Below are positions 9,194-17,894 of a stretch of DNA of 64,000 nt, piece after piece. Numbering within the stretch: the stretch's first letter is position 1; each line of letters begins with the position of its first letter. The notes under the pieces were generated by a model that did not search any database, had not been told where the DNA came from, and worked only from the letters and a program-made list of their open reading frames with translations. The position numbers and the translations under genes are program-made. Source of the stretch: Oligoflexia bacterium. Lineage in GTDB: Bacteria; Bdellovibrionota; UBA1018. The stretch spans positions 320,001-384,000 of the forward strand of contig CAVWVI010000003.1 in the NCBI GenBank assembly GCA_963758495.1, read 5' to 3'.

Positions 9194-10724
9194 TTATACC
9201 TATGTGTCATAGTACCAAAAATTGCTAAATAATCCTTCGAGTTAGCCCTTTCGAAGGAGGGAGCAATGGAAAAAAATTGGATTGCAGAAGAGCTGGCCGA
9301 AGTAGATTTTGGGGATGCTCGTCTCACCGCAAGATGCTTGCAAGTTGGCACAGATTTTCTGAGTTGTCCCACCGCTTCAACAAATAAGGCAAGTGGAAGC
9401 TGGGCTGGAGCAAAGGGGGCATATCGCTTTTTCGACAATGAAAAGGTAATGTGCGCCGAGATGTTGGAGATTCATGCCAAAAAGACAGCAGACAGAATTT
9501 CTCAACTCCATAAGCACCGACCTGTATTGGTTATTCAAGATACTACTGTTTTAAACTATGCAGCCTTTCAAAGTTTAGAAGGGGTGGGAACTTACGCGGC
9601 AAAAGTAAGGAAAACAAAAAAATCGAGTTATATAAAAGCTCTCATGATGCATTCGAGTTTTGCTATTCGGGAAGATGGGTTTCCTTTAGGGTTGCTTGAT
9701 CAAAAGCTCTACAATCAAAAAAGAAGAAGGAAGAAAAATATTCAACATCATCTTCCAATTCAAAAGAAGGATAGTTTCCGTTGGCTGGAATCAGCTCAAC
9801 ATATTTCTAAGTTCATAGATAGGGATCGTGCTTTAATACATGTCTGCGATCGTGAGGCGGATATTTTTGAATTTTTCGATGAAGTGAAAAAGTATAATCA
9901 TTTTTTCTTAGTAAGAGCTGCATCTGACAGAGTTATAGGTGAAAAGTATTGGAAAGCAGACGGACATCTTTGGGAAACAATGGGTGAGCAAGAATTGCAA
10001 GGATTAATCGAAGTAGATATTCCTGCAAAGAAGAAAGATCCGGCAAGAAAAGCAAGCTGTGAAGTTCGCTTTGAAACTGTTATATTTCCCCCTCCTTTCC
10101 GATCCGCAAACGTTAACGCAAAAAAGCTTGAAAAAGTAGCAGTACAAGCGATCTGGGTTAAAGAAGTAGGTGCTCCTCGGGGAGTAGAGCCATTGGAATG
10201 GATGCTCTTAACGAATATGCCGATATCTTCTTTCGAAGAAGCGTTAGAAAAAATAAACTACTATTCATTAAGATTTCAAATTGAGACCTATCATAAAATT
10301 CTCAAGTCTGGATGTCGCATTGAAGAGAATCGATTTGAAAAATCCGAGAATTTAAAAAAATGTCTAACGCTTAAAAGTATAGTCGCAATTCGTCTTTTTC
10401 AACTGACCTGGGAAGGTCGAGTAAACCCAGACAAACCATGCTCAGAAGTGCTTTCCGAATCTGAATGGAAGGCACTCTATTGCTATATTCACAAAGTAAC
10501 CGAAGCACCTAATACACCTCCCTCTACTCAAGAAGCTATCTTAGAAATTGCAAAGCTTGGGGGATTTCTTGCCAGGAAGCATGATGGCGAACCCGGACCA
10601 ATAGTGATTTGGAGAGGGTGGGAGGAATTAATGAGAATCAAACGCATGTATGAAATTTTTCATCACCTATTGCCATTAGATAATGGCCCCAAATGGAGCG
10701 GGGCGATATATGGGTAAAAGAAAG
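9179..10724 (+). mobile_element. IS4-family (IS50/Tn5-like) insertion sequence, 1546 bp
   Basis: Terminal IRs ctttcttttacccatttat (9179) / atatatgggtaaaagaaag (10724); 10-bp direct repeat cctttctatc at 9169-9178 and 10725-10734. Confidence 0.93.
9266..10717 (+). CDS. IS4-family Tn5-like transposase
   Basis: FGDARL, AYRFFDNEKV, IQDTT, VCDREADI, WMLLTN, YSLRFQIETYHKILKSGC (YREK), IAKLGGFLARKHDGEPG. Confidence 0.95.
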   Translation: MEKNWIAEELAEVDFGDARLTARCLQVGTDFLSCPTASTNKASGSWAGAKGAYRFFDNEKVMCAEMLEIHAKKTADRISQLHKHRPVLVIQDTTVLNYAAFQSLEGVGTYAAKVRKTKKSSYIKALMMHSSFAIREDGFPLGLLDQKLYNQKRRRKKNIQHHLPIQKKDSFRWLESAQHISKFIDRDRALIHVCDREADIFEFFDEVKKYNHFFLVRAASDRVIGEKYWKADGHLWETMGEQELQGLIEVDIPAKKKDPARKASCEVRFETVIFPPPFRSANVNAKKLEKVAVQAIWVKEVGAPRGVEPLEWMLLTNMPISSFEEALEKINYYSLRFQIETYHKILKSGCRIEENRFEKSENLKKCLTLKSIVAIRLFQLTWEGRVNPDKPCSEVLSESEWKALYCYIHKVTEAPNTPPSTQEAILEIAKLGGFLARKHDGEPGPIVIWRGWEELMRIKRMYEIFHHLLPLDNGPKWSGAIYG

Positions 10725-11514
10725 CCTTTCTATCCCCTCGCGATCTTTGCTCTACTCGGTCTAGTTTTGTTGGCAGGTCTAAGTGGGCCCTATGCTGAGT
10801 GGCTCGCATCCTGTTTCTCTTTTCCGATTGTTAGTTACTGGGGCCCTTCCCTCCACGGTCATTACTCGCTTCCCAGGTACTACAACCCCTCGGTCATCCC
10901 AAAGCTCATCACACCTCACTTAGGTTGCATCCGTTGTAAGGCATTACAGTATCCTACTGAAGTTTGGGACTTCCCAAGTTGACTCACTGGTCTCTCCACA
11001 CATGCCAGGCTCTTTGACTCCGCTGGGTCCCGAGAGTCTCGCTTTAACGACTGCCAGGATTTAGGCTTCCATCTTGTCAACGACGTCGCCCATTTCAGAA
11101 ATTCATCAAATTGTCGGAGCTCTTTCACTTCACGCTTTCGCATTCCGGCCTATGTGGTTCGCTCCATACGCTTGGTGCGCCCCGTTGCCGGGGCTGGTCA
11201 CCCAATGTTCGCTATGACATAGAGTAGCTACCTCCTTTGTCAGCAGGACTCACACCTGCTAGACCAGTGGCCCTTCGCTTGGCGCACTGACAATTTTGGA
11301 TATAATACGGGGGCGTGCCAGTCGCTACCTTTGGGCCTGTCTTATCGTTAGACGACCACGCTTCCTAATGGGCCTCATCCCCCATCCCAAGCAATCAGTA
11401 TCCCTTCCAGAGATCTTCCACTGACCTTCAGTTTGAACGTCCTACAAGGAGGAACAAATTCGGTCTTCAGGATACGCCTATTTTCCATGCGTAATCAGAT
11501 TACTTGAAATGTTT

Positions 11515-12558
11515 TCAAACGTCTTTATTTAGCATTTTACGAAATTGAGCTTTCTCCTCTTGTTGCTTTTCATAGTCATCTTGATAAGTTCCATTATTCT
11601 TAAGAAGGGCTATACTGAGTGCCGCAATTTTTCTAGCTAGAGCCCTTTTAGCGTCCTGATAAGGAATCTCTTTTCTTTGTTCTTCGTAATAATTTCGTAA
11701 GAACCCTTCACTTCTCATTGCACTTTCGGCTGCTCCTAAAAAAACTTCTTTTAGATCTGCCCTTCCATGAATTTTTTTATTTCCATAGATTTTTCCATCA
11801 CTCATTTGGATATGTCTTGCCAACATACAATAAGCCCAGAATTGGTGTTTATTCTTAAAACGGTGCGGTGTGCAAACTACAGCTGTGATAATACTTGCTC
11901 GAACCGTACTAATCCCGGGAATAGTCATGAGATTTTTAATAGGTTTATATTTTTTAGAATTACGCTGAAGAACCTCACGGTATTCTCGTTTTCTTTTCTC
12001 TAAACCATCAATCTGCCAATAAAGATTCTCAGCAACAAACCGTGCACTCTCATGAGACAGTTCTTTTAATCGGTCTCTCGTTTTTTCATAAAAATCTGTT
12101 TGTGATGTATCGATCGCCTCGGATCTAAATACTGCCTTCAGTCTATTCTTAGTTCGAATGATTTCTTCTACTAAGGCCAAATAGCCGTACACTAGAACCC
12201 TCAGCTGGATCCAGTGACTTTCATCATGATAAACGGCAACCAAATGCCCCGTTCTAAGTTCCTGAGCTAAATGTAGAGCATCTCTAAAGTCTGTTTTTGT
12301 TCCCTGTTTTTCAGCTACATAAACAGGATTACAAACTACCAGGTGATCTACCTCTTTTTTTAGTATGATATACAACCACTGAGCCAGATGCATTTCTTCA
12401 AATGTCAGGAACTTCTTCCCCTTAATCTTTCTTATGAATCCAAGTAAATTTGCCTCTGTAGTGGCAAAATTTTGGCGATCAATATTTTTCCCTTTTTCAT
12501 CCACGACTGCGACGGTTGTTGTTGCTGCATGTGCATCCATTCCAATATAATAGTTCAT
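11515..12558 (-). CDS. IS110-family DEDD recombinase/transposase
   Basis: YIGMD, TFEE, KTDFRDA (DEDD); TIPGIS; QMSDG serine motif; ALARKIA; SD aggaggg. Confidence 0.92.
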   Translation of the reverse strand: MNYYIGMDAHAATTTVAVVDEKGKNIDRQNFATTEANLLGFIRKIKGKKFLTFEEMHLAQWLYIILKKEVDHLVVCNPVYVAEKQGTKTDFRDALHLAQELRTGHLVAVYHDESHWIQLRVLVYGYLALVEEIIRTKNRLKAVFRSEAIDTSQTDFYEKTRDRLKELSHESARFVAENLYWQIDGLEKRKREYREVLQRNSKKYKPIKNLMTIPGISTVRASIITAVVCTPHRFKNKHQFWAYCMLARHIQMSDGKIYGNKKIHGRADLKEVFLGAAESAMRSEGFLRNYYEEQRKEIPYQDAKRALARKIAALSIALLKNNGTYQDDYEKQQEEKAQFRKMLNKDV

Positions 12559-12754
12559 AACAACGTTCCCTCCTTGGCACGCTGGTTAGACTGGTTGAAA
12601 CTACTTTACGAAGCAGTTTCTATTATACCACTCCCCAGATTGAGGCCCATTGAGCGATTAGCCCACAAAGCTTACGGTCTTAGTACCGCAGCTCTGAGGG
12701 GACGTTGCTTTCTTACATTGTCGCTAGTGATGGTTGGACAGTACAGCTTATAGC

Positions 12755-12802
12755 TAGATATAAAGCGACAAATACATTTGAATCGGCGACAACGATTTCC
12801 AT
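12755..12802 (-). pseudogene. N-terminus of a PIN-domain gene cut by the IS110 element
   Basis: MEIVVADSNVFVAL matches the PIN beta1-Asp motif; its ATG directly follows the upstream stop (TAG-ATG). Confidence 0.55.
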
Positions 12803-13204
12803 CTAGAGTAGCCGCTGCAGCTCTTCAGTAGTTAAATTAAGAAGTTTTAAAGCCTCGATTTTACCAATTACTTTGCGTCTAAGGGCTTTAATAACAGTCT
12901 CTTCTAAAATTTTATCAAGAGGAACTGACTTTGGACTATATTCTTCGGGTCGATACCCTAATTCATCAGACTCATCCATTAAGCGATTTTTTCAAAAATC
13001 AGAAAATTCATTGAACTTGGGTTCTGAAATCTTGTTCAGATCTCGAAGACTGAAACAAATCATTAGAAAACTAACTTTAAACCGTTTACTCAGTCGAACT
13101 ACATCTCTCGAAGTAACATCTCCAGACAGAGATAGCCCCATTTCGTCGAAAGTTTTTCGCAAAAGATCTACCGCCCACCTAAGACATTTGCTACGCTCTT
13201 TCAT
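12803..13204 (-). pseudogene. C-terminal remnant of an ImmA/IrrE-like (COG2856) protein with an internal stop
   Basis: DVVRLSKRFKVSFLMICFSLRDLNKIS resembles the la..F.VS...l..l motif; same frame continues past TGA at 12992 to ..EALKLLNLTTEELQRLL*; no HExxH region left. Confidence 0.45.
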
Positions 13205-13214
13205 GATGAAGATC

Positions 13215-13637
13215 ATGAATACTTGGCAGTTTTTTGCCTTTGGCTCCGCGTTCTTTGCGGCGTTGACTGCTATTTTTGGCAAAATGGGTGTGAGCGGCAT
13301 CAACTCCGATCTCGCAACCCTAATCCGAACAGTGGTGATCGTCTTCGTGACTGCTTTTGTAGTGAGCCTTCGGTCTGAATGGCAGCGATTGGATTCAATT
13401 TCACCTAAGACCATCCTATTTTTGGTTCTCTCGGCAATCGCAACTGGGCTTTCGTGGTTATGTTACTATCGGGCTCTTCAGATGGGCCCTGCCTCGCGGG
13501 TTGCCCCAGTGGATAAACTCAGTGTCGTCATGGTGATGCTATTGGCTTTTATTTTTCTAAAAGAAACAGTGGGCTTGAAGGAAGTGATTGGCGGCTGTCT
13601 GATTACAGCGGGGGCAATCATCATCGCATTAGCTTAA
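13215..13637 (+). CDS. EamA/DMT-family small transporter
   Basis: SAFFAALTAIFGK, ATLIRT, TGLSWLCYYRALQMGPASRVAPVDKLS; start moved from 12873 to MNTWQ. Confidence 0.9.
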   Translation: MNTWQFFAFGSAFFAALTAIFGKMGVSGINSDLATLIRTVVIVFVTAFVVSLRSEWQRLDSISPKTILFLVLSAIATGLSWLCYYRALQMGPASRVAPVDKLSVVMVMLLAFIFLKETVGLKEVIGGCLITAGAIIIALA

Positions 13638-13687
13638 TGGTCTCTATAGGAATTGGGCGAGACAAAATATGATGAGGGGGGAAGTAA

Positions 13688-14758
13688 ATGAAATATTTAT
13701 TTCAAAAATTAATTAACGTCGGCTCTGTTGCCGTGTATGCATTTTCTCTTTGGGCAGTTTGGGGGACAGTTTGGGGGACAGTTTCGGCACACGCGCAGCT
13801 GGAATCAGAAAAGAAGATTTCATACCGATCCGATACTGAAATTCCTTTCGGCGGAAATGGTGGCTGGGATGATTTGAGTATTGATCCCGAATCTCATCGA
13901 CTTTTTCTCAGTCATTCTGATCGCGTTGTTGTGATCGACACTACAACAAACAAAGTGATCAAAGAAATTACTGATACCCCCGGTATACATGGAATTGCGC
14001 TTGCGCCACGTCTAAAGAAGGCTTTTTCCAGTAATGGGAAAGAAGGAAAAGTAAGCGTGATTGACTTGAACGCTCTTACAACGAAATCGAAAATAGCCGT
14101 TGGTGAAAACCCGGACGCGATTCTATTCGAGCCAAAGCATGAGGAGGTGTATGCGTTCAACGGTAAAAGTCACTCGGTTTCAATTATCGACGCAAAATCA
14201 GAAAGGGTCGTGGCAACGGTTTCGTTACCAGGAAAACCCGAATTTGCTGCGGTTGATCCTGATTCAAACCGCGTCTTTGTAAATATCGAAGACAAAAATT
14301 CGATCGTCGCTCTGGATACGACAACGCATACCGTTCAGGCGGTCTGGACCCTTGATGGCTGTGAAAGTCCTTCTGGCATTGCGATTGATCGAAAGAACCA
14401 TCGGCTGTTCAGTGTTTGCGAAAATGAAAAGATGGTCATGATCGATTCCGTAATGGGGAGAACTATCGCCTCAGTTCCGACTGGTCAGGGTACCGACGGG
14501 GCTGGTTTTGATCCCGCTCTTATGCTGGCGTTTAGTTCAAACGGAAAAAGTGGTACTGTTACCGTCGCTCGAGAACAGGAGCTGGAGAAACTGGTAGTGG
14601 TTCAAACGATTAAAACCCAGCTCGGTACTCGGACGATGACACTCAATCCAAAAGATCATCGCCTCTATCTTCCGACCGCTGAATTCCAACCCAATAAAAA
14701 GGGTGAAAGACCTAAACCCCTAGATGGTTCTCAAAAGGTTCTGGTATTTAAGCCATGA
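13688..14758 (+). CDS. Secreted YncE/YVTN-like beta-propeller protein
   Basis: GGWDDLSIDP, VVVID..T..VI repeats, VGENPDAI, GKPEF. Confidence 0.85.
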   Translation: MKYLFQKLINVGSVAVYAFSLWAVWGTVWGTVSAHAQLESEKKISYRSDTEIPFGGNGGWDDLSIDPESHRLFLSHSDRVVVIDTTTNKVIKEITDTPGIHGIALAPRLKKAFSSNGKEGKVSVIDLNALTTKSKIAVGENPDAILFEPKHEEVYAFNGKSHSVSIIDAKSERVVATVSLPGKPEFAAVDPDSNRVFVNIEDKNSIVALDTTTHTVQAVWTLDGCESPSGIAIDRKNHRLFSVCENEKMVMIDSVMGRTIASVPTGQGTDGAGFDPALMLAFSSNGKSGTVTVAREQELEKLVVVQTIKTQLGTRTMTLNPKDHRLYLPTAEFQPNKKGERPKPLDGSQKVLVFKP

Positions 14759-15522
14759 GTTCAGTTCAGGACGCCAAAGAACAATCGGATTTCATCAATA
14801 AATTACCTCAGATCACTGCGGCTTTTTGGATCATGAAGATCGCGGCGACTACGCTGGGTGAGACAGGTGGCGATTGGCTCTCGATGACCATGAACGTGGG
14901 TTATCTGGTAAGCACTCTCATCTTTTTTGGCCTTTTTGTCATTGCGTTGGGAGCTCAGCTTTTTTCTAAACGACATCACCCTTACCTTTATTGGACGGTA
15001 ATTATAGCGACCAGCACTGCTGGAACTACGATGTCGGATTATATGGATCGAAGCTTAGAACTTGGATACGCCAAGGGTGCAGCGATTCTTGTAACTCTGT
15101 TGATGATTTCCATTTCCGTCTGGCGGTTGACAGTAGGCAACGTATCAGTTGACCCTATCCGCACCCGAAAAGCAGAGGTCTTTTACTGGGCCACTATTCT
15201 TATCTCAAATACATTGGGAACTGCTCTCGGAGATTTTCTTTCCGATGATTCCGGACTTGGATTTTTTGGAAGTTGGTGCCTGATCACAGCTATTCTGGCT
15301 ATTATTCTGCTAGCTCACTGCTTCACTCAATTACCGAAAATCTTATTGTTCTGGCTAGCCTTCATTTTGACTCGTCCTTTTGGTGCAACCTTGGGTGACG
15401 TTTTGACAAAAACCCATGACAAGGGTGGGCTTGATTTTGGTAGGGGCTATTCCTCTCTGATCCTTTTAGGTATTCTTATCATTATGATTCAATGCTCATA
15501 CAAGAACAGCTGTAGCGGTTAA
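14755..15522 (+). CDS. COG4705/DUF347-type membrane protein
   Basis: NKLPQIT..FWIMKIAATTLGETGGD, NTLGTALGD, FWLAFILTRPFGATLGD; 4-bp overlap with the beta-propeller gene. Confidence 0.85.
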   Translation: MSSVQDAKEQSDFINKLPQITAAFWIMKIAATTLGETGGDWLSMTMNVGYLVSTLIFFGLFVIALGAQLFSKRHHPYLYWTVIIATSTAGTTMSDYMDRSLELGYAKGAAILVTLLMISISVWRLTVGNVSVDPIRTRKAEVFYWATILISNTLGTALGDFLSDDSGLGFFGSWCLITAILAIILLAHCFTQLPKILLFWLAFILTRPFGATLGDVLTKTHDKGGLDFGRGYSSLILLGILIIMIQCSYKNSCSG

Positions 15523-15541
15523 AAAATAAATCTATTAAAAA

Positions 15542-16654
15542 CTAAAGCTCTACGCGAAAATTCCACGCTCCATACCAAGAGGCTCCGAGGTCTACGCTGC
15601 CGTTATCCTTATTTCCAAACCGAGTTCCCTCGTAGACTGAGCGATCAAAGGAATAGCCCACTGAAAGCTCACTCTTGAGTTCCTTTGTTACAGGAAACCT
15701 CACTCCGATCGGAGCATGCATCTCATTGTAGTACATGCGATCCCCGGGATCAGGACGATTCTCACGGATGTAGGATTGTTGAGCCCACCTGTATCCAGTG
15801 AAGACTTGGATTTTCTGTGGATTCCCATACGCGATTTCAGCGTTGAGGGTGGGTCCAAAAATCCCTAGAGTAAACATCCAAGGCTGTCTGGGCATCCAAA
15901 TGATGGAGGTGAAAGGAAATCCAAACATCCCGATGAGGGTTTCTGTTTGATAAAGATAAATAAAGCCCGGAATCGGAACATAATTGCTAATTGGATTATT
16001 ATTTGAAAAGAACACCGTCAGCATCCAACGACTTCGCTCTGAGCTGCTCCAACTGTAAAAGGCACTCGCTCCAATTGTTGCCACGCCAAAATCTGCAAAA
16101 GGATGATCGCTTGCGGAACCTACACTGATTCTTCCGCCAATGAGCTTATCGTCTTCAAGTTTTCGGGAGTAAGAGCCTCCCAACTCTACTTTCCAAAGGT
16201 CCTGTGGCACCTCGATACCCGTACCCGAAAGGTTTTGTTCTTCTCCAAAATGAAGAGAGGTGCCGCCCAATGAGAGCGACACGCTATTTTTATCATCGAC
16301 ATAAACTGGCGTTTGAATCGTAAGGTGGTGCTGGTCCACATCACCTGGCACTTGCTCAGGCGTAATCCAACCTCCGTAAACAAGGGTTGGCCTTGATACA
16401 GGGAGAAGACCTAACCCACCGAACACGGCAAAACCCGGTACGGCCTTAGGAGGAAGTTTCGGTAAACTTTCTTTTGCTTCGATTTTTACTTGATCCCGAC
16501 AGTTCGGGGAAAGATCCGCTTCATGTTTTTGAAGACACCACAGAAGTAGTGGCCGAACATCGCTCCCCTGCGCGAACGCCGGATAAAGTAAAAAAAATAA
16601 TCCGAATGATCCAAATCCAAGAACCAATTGAGCTCGACTTGCTTTTATTTTCAA
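15542..16654 (-). CDS. Putative outer-membrane beta-barrel protein
   Basis: Signal peptide, alternating aromatic beta-strands, C-terminus WYGAWNFRVEL. Confidence 0.55.
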   Translation of the reverse strand: MKIKASRAQLVLGFGSFGLFFLLYPAFAQGSDVRPLLLWCLQKHEADLSPNCRDQVKIEAKESLPKLPPKAVPGFAVFGGLGLLPVSRPTLVYGGWITPEQVPGDVDQHHLTIQTPVYVDDKNSVSLSLGGTSLHFGEEQNLSGTGIEVPQDLWKVELGGSYSRKLEDDKLIGGRISVGSASDHPFADFGVATIGASAFYSWSSSERSRWMLTVFFSNNNPISNYVPIPGFIYLYQTETLIGMFGFPFTSIIWMPRQPWMFTLGIFGPTLNAEIAYGNPQKIQVFTGYRWAQQSYIRENRPDPGDRMYYNEMHAPIGVRFPVTKELKSELSVGYSFDRSVYEGTRFGNKDNGSVDLGASWYGAWNFRVEL

Positions 16655-17877
16655 GCCTCACTCTCCTCTGGAATCCTGGTGAATGCGATCCTCAACGGCG
16701 CACAATCCCCACTTTCATGAACGGCTCCTAAGTGAACTGCGTCTTTCCCAAACCTCAGATTCACTTGATCCAGAGCCTGAGTCAGTTTCTCCCGCCTTGG
16801 GTCTTCAAATAAAGACGGGGAATGCAAGGTCTCGGGCACCAGTCCAGTCAGCACAACACCCACGGCATAAATCGAACCTGCGGGTAGCCCCTTCCATAGC
16901 GTTCGGATGGCTTGGATCAATGCGATGGTGTCTTGGGTTTCCATCAGACCACAATGAGCCTTCCACGAGTCCTGCCCCTGGAACCGCACAAAGATTTGAA
17001 TTTTTGAAGCGTACAATCCCTCCTTGCGTAATCTCAATGCAGCCTTAGTGGTGAGCTTCTTCAAAACCTGCAAAGCACCTGGCTCATGACGAAGTTCAGG
17101 TGGGAGTACATGGGAATGGCCAATGCTCTTTTGCTCAGAAACGATTTCTATTCGATCCTCTCCACGAAGAAGATGCCACATCTGCTCTCCAACAATACTG
17201 CCCCAGGCATTTTTCATTTCAACAGCGGTAAGTGAGCAAAGGCGCTCCATATTGTAGATCTGCTTCGCATTCAATCTGGCTTCCATTTGAGCACCCACGC
17301 CCGTTAAATCTCGGAGCAACAGACCGTGTAAAATATGGGGCAGATCGTGCAACTGGATGACCGTAAATCCGTCAGGCTTGTGCATATCTGCGGCGATTTT
17401 GGCAAGATAACGATTGGGGCCGATACCAATGGAGCATTTTAACGAAGAGCCTACTTGATCCCGAATTGCTTTCTTAATTTTTACGGACAGTGCTTCTGCG
17501 ACCTTCACTTCCTGTTGTGTGCCGGTAAGACGACAAGCCATTTCATCAATTGAGCAAACGGCTTCAATGGGTATACAGGACTCTACCGTCTCCACAATTC
17601 GGTTATGGTATTTGATGTAGTTGCCGTGATCTCCCTCGATAAAGATCATCTTCGGACAAAGTCGTTTAGCTTCGCCGACCATCGTGCCAGTTTTGATACC
17701 GAACTTCTTGCCCTCGTAGCTTACGGCAATGCAGCAGGTCGTATCGGCAAGCAAGGGCACGACGGCGATGGGTTTCCCACGCAAAAAGGGGTTCATCTCC
17801 TGCTCAACAGAAGCAAAAAATGAGTTCATATCCAGGTAAAGCCACCGGACGAGTTGGGAAGGGTCTTTGGATTCCAT
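16651..17877 (-). CDS. dinB: Y-family DNA polymerase (DinB/UmuC-like)
   Basis: YLDMNSFFASVEQ, SYEGKKFGIKTG, SIDE, LAKIAADMHKPDG; probable start MESKDP at 17877. Confidence 0.9.
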   Translation of the reverse strand: MESKDPSQLVRWLYLDMNSFFASVEQEMNPFLRGKPIAVVPLLADTTCCIAVSYEGKKFGIKTGTMVGEAKRLCPKMIFIEGDHGNYIKYHNRIVETVESCIPIEAVCSIDEMACRLTGTQQEVKVAEALSVKIKKAIRDQVGSSLKCSIGIGPNRYLAKIAADMHKPDGFTVIQLHDLPHILHGLLLRDLTGVGAQMEARLNAKQIYNMERLCSLTAVEMKNAWGSIVGEQMWHLLRGEDRIEIVSEQKSIGHSHVLPPELRHEPGALQVLKKLTTKAALRLRKEGLYASKIQIFVRFQGQDSWKAHCGLMETQDTIALIQAIRTLWKGLPAGSIYAVGVVLTGLVPETLHSPSLFEDPRREKLTQALDQVNLRFGKDAVHLGAVHESGDCAPLRIAFTRIPEESEA

Positions 17878-17894
17878 GTGGACATCCCACTTTT

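Larger units (their letters stand above)
7803..11287 (-). mobile_element. Group II intron (RT-encoding, no endonuclease domain), interrupted by an IS4-family element
   Basis: 5' end GTGCGCC at 11287; domain V gagctgtgtgctttaatagagcatgcacagttc and domain VI ending cctac at 7803; putative EBS1 TGACAA in a stem-loop near 11075 complementary to the 5' exon end TTGTCA. Confidence 0.9.
7608..12758 (-). mobile_element. IS110-family element (about 1.66 kb without the nested intron); boundaries inferred
   Basis: TCTA (minus strand) at both 12755-12758 and 7608-7611; removal restores a PIN reading frame; encodes a DEDD recombinase. Alternative smaller boundaries at an 11-bp IR (11367-11377 / 12641-12651). 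Confidence 0.55.

Noticed and set aside
10683..11143. ORFs 10683-10982 and 10916-11143
   Set aside because: They lie within the intron ribozyme domains and show no protein motifs
12873..13214. N-terminal extension of the EamA ORF, and similar extensions of dinB, the cysteine synthase and the 59690 oxidoreductase
   Set aside because: Family homology and SD positions point to later starts; several extensions overlap neighbouring genes or remnants
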